This document shows positions 49,727 to 59,429 of a DNA stretch of 64,000 nucleotides, piece after piece. This DNA comes from Polyangiales bacterium. Its GTDB lineage: Bacteria; Myxococcota_A; Polyangia; Polyangiales; Polyangiaceae. How positions within the stretch are numbered: position 1 is the stretch's first letter; every line of letters starts with the position of its first letter. Both the position numbers and the translations under genes were made by a program. The notes below the pieces were generated by a model. The model made no database searches and had not been told where the DNA came from. It saw nothing but the letters and a program-made list of their open reading frames with translations. The stretch spans positions 128,001 through 192,000 of the forward strand of contig JBBRLQ010000007.1 of the NCBI GenBank assembly GCA_038231275.1. Direction: 5' to 3'.

Positions 49727-50683
49727 ATGGCGACGGAAGAGGAGCGCATCCAGAGGCTCCGCGCGCGGCTCGGCGTCGCGACGCCGGGGGTGACGCTGGG
49801 GATCGGTGACGACGCAGCGATCCTCGAGCCGCCGCCGGGCCGGCGCCTGGTGTGGACGGTGGACACGCAGGTAGAGGGTGTGCACTTTCGCAGCGCGTGG
49901 CTCGTGAGCGCGAAGGACGCCGGGTACCGCGCCTTCATGGCGGCGGCGAGCGACGTGGCGGCGATGGGCGCGGAGCCGTGGTGCGCGCTCTCCGCGCTGG
50001 AGCTGCCGGCGGATTTGGACGACGCGACGTTCGACGCGCTCGTGAGCGGCCAGCGCGCGGCGGCCGATCGCGTGGGCGCGCCCATCGTCGGCGGAAATCT
50101 CTCGCGCGGGCCCGTGCTCGCGATCACGACGACGGTGCTGGGCGCGGCGACCTTTCCGATCACGCGCGGCGGCGCGAGGGAAGGGGACGGGCTCTGGCTC
50201 TCGGGACCGGTGGGCCTCGCCGCCGCCGGTCTCGCGTCGCTCATGGCGGGCAACGACGATCCGCGTCTCGCCGCTGCGATCGCCGCGTGGCGCTCGCCCG
50301 ACGCGCGGATCGCATCCGGCCGGGCGCTCGCCGGCGTCGCGCACGCGGCGGTCGACGTCTCGGACGGCCTCGCGCGCGACGTCGGTCACGTCGCCACGGC
50401 GAGCGGCGTGCGCGCGATCCTCGACGAGGCGCTCCTCCTCGCCCACGCGGGCGACGCGCTCGCGCAGGCGGCCGAGGCGCTCGGCGTCCCTGCGCTGGAG
50501 CTGGCCCTCTTCGGCGGCGAGGACTACGCGCTCGTCGCGGCGAGCGCGACTCCGCTGCCAGGCTTCACCCGCGTCGGCGAATTCCGCGCGGGTTCAGGCT
50601 TGGGTCTACGGGGCAAGAGCGGCGAGACCGAGCTCGCCCCTCGCGGCTTCGATCACTTCGCCGAGCGAACCGCCAGAGGCTAA
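49727..50683 (+). CDS. thiL: Thiamine-monophosphate kinase
   Basis: Motifs GIGDDAA, VEGVHF, SDVAAMGA, VGGN, DVSDGL, GGEDY and GFDHF. Confidence 0.95.
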   Translation: MATEEERIQRLRARLGVATPGVTLGIGDDAAILEPPPGRRLVWTVDTQVEGVHFRSAWLVSAKDAGYRAFMAAASDVAAMGAEPWCALSALELPADLDDATFDALVSGQRAAADRVGAPIVGGNLSRGPVLAITTTVLGAATFPITRGGAREGDGLWLSGPVGLAAAGLASLMAGNDDPRLAAAIAAWRSPDARIASGRALAGVAHAAVDVSDGLARDVGHVATASGVRAILDEALLLAHAGDALAQAAEALGVPALELALFGGEDYALVAASATPLPGFTRVGEFRAGSGLGLRGKSGETELAPRGFDHFAERTARG

Positions 50684-51117
50684 ATCCCCGCGCAGAGCGC
50701 CGGGAGGTTCTTCACCAGCTTGAGGAGCGGACGCAGCGCGTTGAGCTCCGGCGCGTTGGGGTTCGCCTTGAGCTGCGCCGCCGTCGAGTTGCACGTCGTC
50801 ACGGCCTGCATCATCTCCGGCGGGTTACCGTTCTCTTTTGCCTGCTTCGACAGCGCGCTGCAGCATTGCGCGATGCGACCGATGATCGGATCGACCGGCC
50901 TTCCCCCGCCGCCCGTGTGGTGCCCCGCCTCGGCGGCGTCTACGCCGGAGTCCTCTACGATCGGTTCCAGGACGTTCGGGGCTGCGTCGAACACCACCTG
51001 CGGCGGCTCGGCGTCGACGACGACGGGCTGCGTCTTCTTCGGGCACGCGGCCATCGTGGGGACGATGCCGGCGACGGCGAGCGCAATCAGGGCACGGTGC
51101 AGCAAGGGACGGGTCAT
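50680..51117 (-). CDS. Small Cys-containing lipoprotein
   Basis: Lipobox MAA-C, and helical C-terminus QCCSAL...TC...LPALC. Confidence 0.7.
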   Translation of the reverse strand: MTRPLLHRALIALAVAGIVPTMAACPKKTQPVVVDAEPPQVVFDAAPNVLEPIVEDSGVDAAEAGHHTGGGGRPVDPIIGRIAQCCSALSKQAKENGNPPEMMQAVTTCNSTAAQLKANPNAPELNALRPLLKLVKNLPALCAGI

Positions 51118-51246
51118 CGGGAGGGCCTCCGGGGCGTTCGCGGGCAACGATCGATTTTTCTACGCACGGGAACGTACAAGGTTCTCGGAATGACGAGAAA
51201 AGTTTTCGCGAATTTCCGTGCTAACTTCCTCTTCTGGAGGTCTCAC

Positions 51247-52236
51247 GTGAGAAGAACGTCCTCTTGTGACGCCTCGTTCGTGCTCGTGGCGTTGGCGTCG
51301 GCCGCGCTTGGCGCGTGCTCGGGCTCCAAATCGGCCATCGGCTTCGCGGACGACGGCGGATCGAGCGGCGGCAGCAGCGGTTCGAGCGGCGGCAGCAGCG
51401 GTTCGAGCGGGAGCCTGCTCGGAGGTGACGGCGGCACAGGCAGCAGCGGGAGCCCGGGCGCGGGCTGCAGCGAGGCGGCGAAGCTCGTGTACGTCGTCTC
51501 CGACGCCAATGACCTCTACAGCTTTCAGCCCTCCGCCCTCACGTTCACCAAAATCGGTGCGCTCAAGTGCAACGCCGGCAGCGAACAACCCAACTCGATG
51601 GCCGTCGATCGCAGCGGCACCGCGTGGGTCAACTACTCCGACGGCCGCCTGTTCAAGGTGAGCACCGCCGACGCCAGCTGCCAGAGCACCGCGTTCAAGA
51701 CCGGACAGCACGGCTACAAGAAGTTCGGGATGGCCTTCGCCACCGACGCCGCGGGAGGCACCGCCGAGACGCTCTTCGTGAGCGGCATCGTCGACAGCCA
51801 GATCGGCGGATCGCCGCAGGGCCAGGGCGTATCGCGGATCGATCTGAGCACCCTCGGCCTCACCTATATCGGTGATTTTTCCGGCTCGCTCCAGGGCGCG
51901 GGCGCCGAGCTCACGGGCAACGGCGCGGGCAACCTGTTTGGCTTTTTCACGACCGCGCCGGCGCACCTCGCGCAGATCAACAAGGCGAGCGGCGCGACGA
52001 GCTCGGTCATCCCGCTGAACAACGTGAGCACCGGCACCGACTGGGCCTTCTCGTTCTGGGGCGGCGACTTCTGGTTTTATACGGCGGACACGTCGTTCAA
52101 CAAGAGCGACACCACCAACGTCACGCGCCTCAAGGCGGCCACCGACAACTCGCTCAGCGTCGTCAAAGAGCAGATCGGGTTCCGAATCGTCGGCGCCGGC
52201 GTCTCGACGTGCGCGCCTACGACGCCGCCGAAGTGA
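51247..52236 (+). CDS. Lipoprotein with Gly/Ser linker and probable beta-propeller
   Basis: Lipobox LGA-C, GSSGG repeats, SMAVDRSGTAWV, GMAF, AELTG, FWGGDFW and IVGAGVSTCAP. Start is 51247 or 51190. Confidence 0.75.
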   Translation: MRRTSSCDASFVLVALASAALGACSGSKSAIGFADDGGSSGGSSGSSGGSSGSSGSLLGGDGGTGSSGSPGAGCSEAAKLVYVVSDANDLYSFQPSALTFTKIGALKCNAGSEQPNSMAVDRSGTAWVNYSDGRLFKVSTADASCQSTAFKTGQHGYKKFGMAFATDAAGGTAETLFVSGIVDSQIGGSPQGQGVSRIDLSTLGLTYIGDFSGSLQGAGAELTGNGAGNLFGFFTTAPAHLAQINKASGATSSVIPLNNVSTGTDWAFSFWGGDFWFYTADTSFNKSDTTNVTRLKAATDNSLSVVKEQIGFRIVGAGVSTCAPTTPPK

Positions 52237-52275
52237 GGCGCGGCCCGCCGACGGAGCGCGGAGCGGTTGGGGGGC

Positions 52276-52602
52276 TCAGGCGGTGGCGTACGTGACGTTG
52301 CCGGTCGCCGCGAGGATGCGCGCGCGCTCGGCGGGGGCGAGATCGTCGAAGACGACTGCGAACCCGGCGCCACCGACCATCGGCGCGCGGCTCACCGTGC
52401 CGTGAACGGAGAGCGCGCCGCCGGGCAAGGTGAGCTCGACCTGCACGCTCGTGCCTTCGCGGACGCTGTGGAACGTCGAGACGAAGACGCCCTCGACGGT
52501 GAGCCCGTTCGCGAGCGCCGCGAAGGCGCGGCCCTCGTGCGGGACTCTCACCTCGACGGCCAGCGCTGACGACTTGGAGCGGGTACCAGAGCTGGTTCTC
52601 AT
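52276..52602 (-). CDS. Stand-alone PilZ-like protein with degenerate c-di-GMP motifs
   Basis: GLTVEGVFVST...GTSVQVELTLPG...VHGTV...GFAVVF-DL. RxxxR and D/NxSxxG are not intact. Confidence 0.72.
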   Translation of the reverse strand: MRTSSGTRSKSSALAVEVRVPHEGRAFAALANGLTVEGVFVSTFHSVREGTSVQVELTLPGGALSVHGTVSRAPMVGGAGFAVVFDDLAPAERARILAATGNVTYATA

Positions 52603-52622
52603 CTTTGTTGTGGAAGCCCTTA

Positions 52623-52638
52623 AGCAAGGGACAGGCCT
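52623..52638 (-). promoter_or_regulatory. Possible sigma54 promoter for the PilZ-like gene
   Basis: Minus strand AGGCCTG-TCCC-TTGCT has GG-N10-GC spacing but a weak -24 match. Confidence 0.3.
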
Positions 52639-52777
52639 CCCGTGTGACCACCCCGCGCGGACGTCCTTTCAAGCAGATAGCCCGCGCCAATCCACGCTTG
52701 CGGACGAAAAAGGGCCTCGTGCTGCAAAAAGTAGCGGGTGATCGCGGGCCCAGGTGCCCGTGTAATGTACACGGGCC

Positions 52778-54136
52778 ATGGCGCAACGCCCCGTCCTCCT
52801 CATCGTCCTGCTCGGCGCGTGTGCGGTGTCGCCGAACCCGCCGTCTTCCCCCGCGGCGCCGTCGACCGCCGCGTCTTCGTCGTCACGCGGGGCCGGTCGC
52901 CGGGCGCCACCTGAGGTCGTCGTGACGGTTGGAGCGGTCGACGCCGCGCGCGCGATCGGGGTCGTGCGCAAGCTCACGTCCTTCGGGACGCGGCATACGT
53001 TGAGCGACACCGCGTCGGCGACGCGCGGGATCGGCGCCGCGCGGCGGTGGCTGAAAGAGGAGCTCGAGAGATCGACCGCGCTCCAGGTCTCGTTCGACGC
53101 GCACACGCTGGACGCCGACGGCGCGCGCGTGCCCAGCGCGATCGAGCTCGTCAACGTGGTCGCTGTCCTTCCCGGTGCGATGCCCGAGGCGAGGGCACGT
53201 CGCTACTACGTCGTCGGTCACTTCGACTCGCGCGTGAACGACGTGATGGACGCAACGAGCGACGCGCCGGGCGCGAACGACGACGCGTCGGGTGTGGCGG
53301 TGGTCCTGGAGGCGGCGCGCGTGATGGCGTCGCACAGGTACGACGCTACGCTCGTCTTCCTGGCGACCGCCGGCGAAGAGCAGGGACTCTACGGCGCAAA
53401 GCTCCACGCCAAGGCCGCGCGCGCGGCGTCGCTCGACGTGCGCGCGGTCTTGAACGACGACATCGTCGGCGATCCGAGCGGCCCCAGCGGTGCGCGTCAC
53501 ACCGGCGCGATCCGCCTCTTCTCCGAGGGCATCCCCGCCGCCGCCGACGTGGCCGAGATCCGCAAGCTCGCCGCCGAGAGCGACTCGCCTTCGCGCGAGC
53601 TCGCCCGGTACGTCGCCGACGTCGCCGCGCAGCACGCGCTCGCCGTCCAGCCGACGCTGATCTTCAGGGCCGATCGCTTCTTGCGCGGCGGCGATCACAC
53701 GGCGTTCAACGAAGTCGGCTACCCGGCGGTTCGCTTCACGACCGTCGAGGAGACGTACGCCCGTCAGCACACGCCGGCGGATCTTCCGGGCGCGGTGGAC
53801 CCGGCGTACCTCGCCAACGTCGCGCGCGTGAACATCGCCGCGCTCGCGCACCTCGCCAACGCACCGCGCCCGCCCGACGCCGCGCGCATCGTGACGGCGG
53901 AGCTCGGCAACGACGTGGTGCTCAGGTGGTCGGCCTGTCCCGAGCCCGACGTCGCCGGCTACGAGATCGTGTGGCGAAGCACGACCGGCGCCACGTGGAC
54001 GCACGCAAAGGACGTCGGCACCGTGCTCGAGGTCCGCCTGCCCATGAGCAAGGACGACTACTTCTACGGTGTGCGCGCCTACGATCGCGACGGCTACGTG
54101 AGCCCGGTGGCGTTCGCCAAGGCGGCGCAAAAATAG
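52778..54136 (+). CDS. M28 family peptidase lipoprotein with C-terminal FN3-like domain
   Basis: Lipobox LGA-C; motifs FGTRHT, GHFDS, PGANDDASG, GEEQGL and GGDH. Confidence 0.9.
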   Translation: MAQRPVLLIVLLGACAVSPNPPSSPAAPSTAASSSSRGAGRRAPPEVVVTVGAVDAARAIGVVRKLTSFGTRHTLSDTASATRGIGAARRWLKEELERSTALQVSFDAHTLDADGARVPSAIELVNVVAVLPGAMPEARARRYYVVGHFDSRVNDVMDATSDAPGANDDASGVAVVLEAARVMASHRYDATLVFLATAGEEQGLYGAKLHAKAARAASLDVRAVLNDDIVGDPSGPSGARHTGAIRLFSEGIPAAADVAEIRKLAAESDSPSRELARYVADVAAQHALAVQPTLIFRADRFLRGGDHTAFNEVGYPAVRFTTVEETYARQHTPADLPGAVDPAYLANVARVNIAALAHLANAPRPPDAARIVTAELGNDVVLRWSACPEPDVAGYEIVWRSTTGATWTHAKDVGTVLEVRLPMSKDDYFYGVRAYDRDGYVSPVAFAKAAQK

Positions 54137-54204
54137 CCGCGAGTTTGCGCCCGAGGGGTCAACTCCGGCGCGCTTCGTCCGTATGTGAGAGAGGAGTCCT
54201 TCAC

Positions 54205-54543
54205 TTGCAGACGAAGTCCGCGCGCGCTGCCGGTCCTGGGCCCGCACAGAGGTGCGAGGTCGACGCCTCCGATCTGCGCCAGCTCGGCGTCGTTCACGAG
54301 ATCCTCGCCCTCTTGAACGATCCGCGGCAGGGCGCGAAGCCGATCGCAGAGCTCGTTCGTAGGCTGCCGGTCTTGGAGGCGCGTGTGCGACGCGTGCACG
54401 GCCGAAGCGCGCGACTCGACGCCGATCGCCAGCCGCCGTCGATCGCGGCGGCGTTGGCGCTGATCGGCAACCGCGGGTTCGAAGAGATTTTGTTCGAGCT
54501 CCTCGAGGATCTCACGGTCCTCCACTCGAGCCAGGAACGCTGA
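54205..54543 (+). CDS. Small protein resembling the N-terminal half of an HDOD domain
   Basis: GAGGAG RBS 8 nt before TTG 54205. VVHEILALLNDP...IAELVRRLPVLEARVRR...SIAAALALIGNRGF. Confidence 0.6.
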   Translation: MQTKSARAAGPGPAQRCEVDASDLRQLGVVHEILALLNDPRQGAKPIAELVRRLPVLEARVRRVHGRSARLDADRQPPSIAAALALIGNRGFEEILFELLEDLTVLHSSQER

Positions 54544-54582
54544 CGATCGCCCGTCACCCCCGAGAGGGCCGCGTCCTCGGTC

Positions 54583-56097
54583 TCACTTGGCGACGACCAC
54601 TCGGTTGCGCCCCGCTTGCTTCGCCTGGTAGAGCGCCGCGTCGGCGCGTCCGACGAGCGCCTCGGCGCCGTCCTTGCACTGCGTTCCCTTGACGACCGCG
54701 ACGCCGAAGCTGGCGGTCACCTTGAGCGGCCCCTTCGGCCCCGCGACCTCGGTCCGCTCGAGCGCCGCGCGGATGCGTTCCGCAACGACGCGCGCTCCTT
54801 CGATGTCCGCGCCCGGCAGGATCGCCATGAACTCTTCGCCGCCGTAGCGGGCGGGGACGTCACCGGTGCGCACGCTCTTCTTCAGCACGGCGCCGACCTG
54901 CGCCAAGACGAGATCGCCGGTCTGGTGTCCCCATGTGTCGTTGAATTTCTTGAAGTGGTCGACGTCGCACATGACGACCGCCAGCGGCGCGCCGCTCCGA
55001 TCGGCACGCGCCAGATCGCGTGCGAGGGCTTCGCCGAGGTGTCTGCGGTTCGGGAGGCCGGTCAGCGAGTCGGTCGTCGCGACCTTGCCGAGCTCCACGT
55101 TGGCGGCCGCGAGCTCGTCGGCGAGCGCCTGCTTCTCCTTGAGGAGGCCTTCGAGGCGTTGCACGAGGCGCTCGTAGCCGTGATTGAGCTCCACGAGGCG
55201 CGCGTGGGCGTCGACCGCCAGCGCTTCGAGATCGATCTGCGCGTCGATGGGGCGATTGAAGACCGCCGCCGCAGAGGTCACGAGCTCGGGAACGGCGCGG
55301 AGAAGCCCGTCGATGGCGCTCGCGGCCACGCCGACGTCGGCGAGCGCTTTCTGGGCCTCCTCTCGCGCACGTTCGACGTGTCCGCCCTCCCACGCGCCGG
55401 CGACGCGCTCGGCGGCCCACGCAATCTTCGCCAGGCGCGTCGACGGCGCAACGGGATCGTGGTGGTGAGCAATCGCGTCGACGACCGCCGCGGGAAGCCT
55501 CATCTTCTCCCCGGTGGCCGCGCCGGTCATCGTGTGATCTTCGTAGCCGAACGCGCGCTCGACGACGGTGCGGTGCGCGGCCGGCATGCGGGCCACGTTC
55601 GCGGCCCCTGCGACGTCGCCGCGCGCGCGCGTGAGGATTCCGATCTCGAGAAAGAGGCCCGTCGTGAAGGCGTCGTCGAGCGCTCGCTCTCCGATCGCTT
55701 CGGCGACGAGGCGCGCGGCCACCGCGCGACGGAGCGACGTCGTGAGCAGCACGTTCCCGTCGTCCCCCGTCGGAACCATGTCCCCCACCACGAGCGCCAA
55801 CGCGACGTTCCGCAGCCCGCGCACGCCGAGGAGCGCACACGCGTGCCGTACGTCGGACACGGCCCTCGGGAGACCGTAGGTCGCACTGTTCACCACCGAC
55901 ACGACGCGCGCGGCGAATCCGGGATCGGCCATGGCCAACTTCGAGAGGTCGCCGACCGACACGTCCTCACCCACCGCCTCCTGCACAATGCGGGCGGCGA
56001 TGACGCTGAGCGGCGGCTGGCTCGGGTCCTGGCGCTTTCGTACGCCGTTCAGAGTCGTCGGTTCCCTGGACCACGCGATCGCTTCAGCCGGCTTCAC
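54583..56097 (-). CDS. HDOD-GGDEF diguanylate cyclase
   Basis: HDOD DPGFAARVVSVVNSA, DSLTGLPNR, DVDHFK, I-site RTGD and active site GGEEF. Start uncertain. Confidence 0.93.
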   Translation of the reverse strand: MKPAEAIAWSREPTTLNGVRKRQDPSQPPLSVIAARIVQEAVGEDVSVGDLSKLAMADPGFAARVVSVVNSATYGLPRAVSDVRHACALLGVRGLRNVALALVVGDMVPTGDDGNVLLTTSLRRAVAARLVAEAIGERALDDAFTTGLFLEIGILTRARGDVAGAANVARMPAAHRTVVERAFGYEDHTMTGAATGEKMRLPAAVVDAIAHHHDPVAPSTRLAKIAWAAERVAGAWEGGHVERAREEAQKALADVGVAASAIDGLLRAVPELVTSAAAVFNRPIDAQIDLEALAVDAHARLVELNHGYERLVQRLEGLLKEKQALADELAAANVELGKVATTDSLTGLPNRRHLGEALARDLARADRSGAPLAVVMCDVDHFKKFNDTWGHQTGDLVLAQVGAVLKKSVRTGDVPARYGGEEFMAILPGADIEGARVVAERIRAALERTEVAGPKGPLKVTASFGVAVVKGTQCKDGAEALVGRADAALYQAKQAGRNRVVVAK

Positions 56098-56219
56098 ACT
56101 GGGTCAGAACGGCGCAGGCGGGGAAACCCTTAGGGCGACTTCACCCACCGGAGGAGGGCGTTCTCGGCACGACCGCAGAAAACTGGCCCGTTCGTGCATC
56201 CAGTGGCGACGATGGGCGC

Positions 56220-56564
56220 ATGATGACGTACGAGCGCCGTGCCCGCCGATCGAGCTTTCGCCGGGAAGCCCTCGACAACCTGCTCTCCGCCTGCCGCGCC
56301 GGCGCCGATCTCGAGGCCATCGTGCTCTCCGACGCCGTCGGGACCGTCGTAGCCGCGTCGGCCGCGCCGCACGTCGACGCGCGCGTCATCGCGGCGGCCC
56401 TCCCCGACCCCACGCTCATCGCAGGGTGCTCCTTGGTCCGCGCCGTTCGCTTCGTCCACGCGGACGCCACCCTCTACATGGGCGCCGTCGGCGCTGGCCC
56501 TCGCGCCTTCGCGCCCATTCCGGCGGCGATCGAGGGTGCGAAGCGGATCCTCGCGACGACGTAG
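56220..56564 (+). CDS. Roadblock/LC7 (MglB-like) domain protein
   Basis: 114 aa; LEAIVLSDAVGTVVAAS...IAAALP pattern. Confidence 0.55.
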   Translation: MMTYERRARRSSFRREALDNLLSACRAGADLEAIVLSDAVGTVVAASAAPHVDARVIAAALPDPTLIAGCSLVRAVRFVHADATLYMGAVGAGPRAFAPIPAAIEGAKRILATT

Positions 56565-56632
56565 TCGCGACCGCGGCGGCGTCGGCGCGGGGACGCCGCG
56601 CGCCCTGTCCTCGGTCACGTCGCGTCAAAAAA

Positions 56633-58870
56633 TCAAGCTCGTCGCAGCGCTTCGGCGGTGATGGGAAGCGCGCGGACGCGCTTGCCGCAAGCGGCGTACA
56701 CCGCGTTGGCGACCGCGGGGGCGACGAGCGGCACGGGATGCTCGCCGTACCCTGCCGGCATCCCATCCGGGTTCTCGACGATGACGGTCTCGACGCGCGG
56801 CATCGCGTCGATGCGCAGCACGCGGAAGTCGCCGTAGCCGCTCTGCACGGGGCGGCCGTTCACGAAGTTCATCTTCCCGAGAAGCGTCGCCGAGAGTCCC
56901 CACGCAATGCCGCTCTCGGTCTGGCCTTCGATGCCGAGCGGGTTCAGCGCTGCGCCGCAGTCGACGACGGTGAGCGCTCGCTCCACGCGGAGCTTCGAGA
57001 GGTCTTTCGCCACCGCGACCTCGACGACCATCGCGACGTAGCTATTGCCGCTGTAGACGTTGGCTGCGACCCCACGGCCGACGACCTGGCCTTCGCGCGG
57101 CGCGAGCGGCGTGTTCCAACCGCTCCGCGTGCGCGCGATCTCGAGCACGCGAGCGAGGCGCGCGCGGTCGATTTTGTAGGGACCGATCGCCTTGATTCCG
57201 GGGGGAAGGAGCTCGAGGCGGTACGCGATCGGGTCGACCTTCGCGAGGTGAGCGAGCTCGTCCAAGAACGACTCGCGCGCGAATACGGTGGACGGATACT
57301 CGACCGCGCGCCAAGGGCCGGTCGGAACGGGGCTCGTGACGTCCGCGCAGTCGAGGCGCAGGCTCGCGAGCTCGTAGGGGTTGTCGAACGCGCCCCACGG
57401 CCTCTCGTCGGCGGCGTAGTCGACGGGGCCGCGCTTCGGCGGATCGTGCCAGATGTCCTTGCCTTCGTGGAGCTCGTCGATGGTGAGCGTGGACGCCGTC
57501 GCGTCGTGCACGAGGCCTGTAATGCGGCCGCGCGCGTCGAGGCCGGCGGTGAAGCGCTGCGCAGTAGCCGGTTGGAAATACCCGGAGCGCATGTCGTCGG
57601 CCCGCGAGTAGACGAGCTGCACCGGCTTCTTGGTCGCCACGGAGAGCTCGACGGCCTCGCCCACGAAGTCCGCGTAGAGCCGGCGCCCGAACCCGCCGCC
57701 CATGAGCTCGCAGTGGAGGGTGACCTTCTCCTTCGGGCAGTGTGCGACCTTCGCCGCCATTTCGATCGAGCGCACGTCGGTTTGGGTCGGCGCCCAGACC
57801 TCGACCTCGCCGTTCCTGACGTGGGCGGTACAGTTCATCGTCTCGAGGGAAGCGTGCGCTTGGAACGGATAGACGTACGTGGCCTCGAAGCGCCGCGGCG
57901 CCGCGGCGATCTGTGCTCGTGCGTCGCCTTCGTGGCGCACCTCGACGAGCGTGCCTTTGAACGCGTTGGGCAGTTCTGCGAGGAATCGCTCGGAGTCGAA
58001 TCCATCGATGGGGCTCGCCTCCCATTCGACCTTCAGGGCATCGCGCGCCCGGAGCGCGGTCCATGTATCGATGGCGACGACGGCGACGCCGGGGTGGATG
58101 CCCGCCGAGACGCGGTGTACCCCGAGGACGCCCGGGATCGCGCGCGCGGCCGCGTCATCGACGGATTTGACGCGGCCCCCGAGCGTCGGCGTCCGCATGA
58201 CCGCCGCGAACACCATCCCCGGCACGCGTACGTCCATCCCGTAGCGGACCTTACCGGTGACGATGTCGTGGCCGTTCACGCGCTTCTGCCGCTTGCCGAG
58301 CTTCGTCCACGCCGCCACCGGCTTGAGCGTGGGCGCCGAGGGCACCGGCATCGTGCGGGCGAGCGGGACGAGCTCGCCGTAGCCGAGCGCACGCCCTGTC
58401 GTTGGATGAAGCACGCGCCCTCGCTCGGTGGTGCACGTCGTCGCGTCCACGCGCCATGTCTTCGCTGCTGCTCCGGTCAGCATCTCGCGCGCGGCCGCGC
58501 CGGCGGAGCGGAGCTTCCGGAACGCTTCGCGGCTGCTCCCGCTCCCACCGGTGTGCAGGCGCACGCCGGAGAAACGTGGGCCCGGGATGGCGGTCTCGAT
58601 CGTCACCTGCGCGAGATCGACGTCGAGCTCCTCCGCGAGCATCACGGGCAGCAGCGTGCGTATTCCCTGCCCCATCTCGAGCCGCGTCGCGTAGAGCGTG
58701 ATCGCGCCACTCGCATGGACGCGCAAGTACGCGTTCGGCTCGAACGGAGGCCCGGCGGCGAGCGGGCGCGCGGGCAAGGCGCGATTCGCCGTCGGCGCGC
58801 AGCCGTCGAGCTCGAATGCGATCGTGAGTGCCGCGGCCGCCTCGAACAGTCTTCGCCGGCCGAGCTTCAT
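56633..58870 (-). CDS. Xanthine oxidase-family molybdopterin subunit (IorB-like)
   Basis: Tat-like RRRLF; motifs EMGQG, TGGSGS, HASLETMN, MGGGFGRR, WRAV and GYGE. Confidence 0.93.
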   Translation of the reverse strand: MKLGRRRLFEAAAALTIAFELDGCAPTANRALPARPLAAGPPFEPNAYLRVHASGAITLYATRLEMGQGIRTLLPVMLAEELDVDLAQVTIETAIPGPRFSGVRLHTGGSGSSREAFRKLRSAGAAAREMLTGAAAKTWRVDATTCTTERGRVLHPTTGRALGYGELVPLARTMPVPSAPTLKPVAAWTKLGKRQKRVNGHDIVTGKVRYGMDVRVPGMVFAAVMRTPTLGGRVKSVDDAAARAIPGVLGVHRVSAGIHPGVAVVAIDTWTALRARDALKVEWEASPIDGFDSERFLAELPNAFKGTLVEVRHEGDARAQIAAAPRRFEATYVYPFQAHASLETMNCTAHVRNGEVEVWAPTQTDVRSIEMAAKVAHCPKEKVTLHCELMGGGFGRRLYADFVGEAVELSVATKKPVQLVYSRADDMRSGYFQPATAQRFTAGLDARGRITGLVHDATASTLTIDELHEGKDIWHDPPKRGPVDYAADERPWGAFDNPYELASLRLDCADVTSPVPTGPWRAVEYPSTVFARESFLDELAHLAKVDPIAYRLELLPPGIKAIGPYKIDRARLARVLEIARTRSGWNTPLAPREGQVVGRGVAANVYSGNSYVAMVVEVAVAKDLSKLRVERALTVVDCGAALNPLGIEGQTESGIAWGLSATLLGKMNFVNGRPVQSGYGDFRVLRIDAMPRVETVIVENPDGMPAGYGEHPVPLVAPAVANAVYAACGKRVRALPITAEALRRA

Positions 58871-59340
58871 CGCTTGCCCGCCTTCGCGTAGCTCGCGGCA
58901 ATCTTCACCGCGCGTCGCAGGCGATCATAGGTTCCGCATCGGCACACGTGCCCGCCGAGCGCCTCGTCGATGTCCGCGTCGGTCGGCGCGGGCTTCGCGC
59001 GGAGGAGCGCGGCCGTCTCCAGGATCATTCCGGCCTGGCAGAAGCCGCACTGCGCGACGTCCTCCTCGAGCCACGCGCGTTGACAGGGGTGGTCCGCGCG
59101 CTCCGAGAGCCCCTCGATCGTCGTGTAGGCATGGCCCGCGGCGTCTGCGATCGTGACCATGCAGCCACGCACGGCCTGTTCTCCCTCGAGGACCGTGCAT
59201 GCGCCGCACTCGCCGACGCCGCACCCGAAGCGCGTGCCGAAGAGGCCCAGGCGATCGCGTAAGACCCACAGGAGCGGCATCTGCGCGTCCGCGTCGATCT
59301 CGTGCGACGCTCCGTTTACCGTGAGGCGGAAGACCGGCAT
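58867..59340 (-). CDS. (2Fe-2S)-binding subunit (IorA-like)
   Basis: Motifs PLLWVLRD, GCGVGECGACTV, QCGFCQAG and CRCGTY. ATGA overlap with the large subunit. Confidence 0.95.
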   Translation of the reverse strand: MPVFRLTVNGASHEIDADAQMPLLWVLRDRLGLFGTRFGCGVGECGACTVLEGEQAVRGCMVTIADAAGHAYTTIEGLSERADHPCQRAWLEEDVAQCGFCQAGMILETAALLRAKPAPTDADIDEALGGHVCRCGTYDRLRRAVKIAASYAKAGKR

Positions 59341-59429
59341 GCCCCGAAGGCTCGCCCAGCCGCCCTCGCCGCGCAATCGCCGACGGTCACCGGATTGCGC
59401 CAGCTTCACCTCACGAGCTGCGGGGAAGC

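Noticed and set aside
51356-51411. 21-bp direct repeats
   Set aside because: They encode a GSSGGSS linker typical of these lipoproteins; not CRISPR.
56633-59340. IorAB-like molybdoenzyme pair
   Set aside because: A widespread, well-known architecture with nothing unusual visible.
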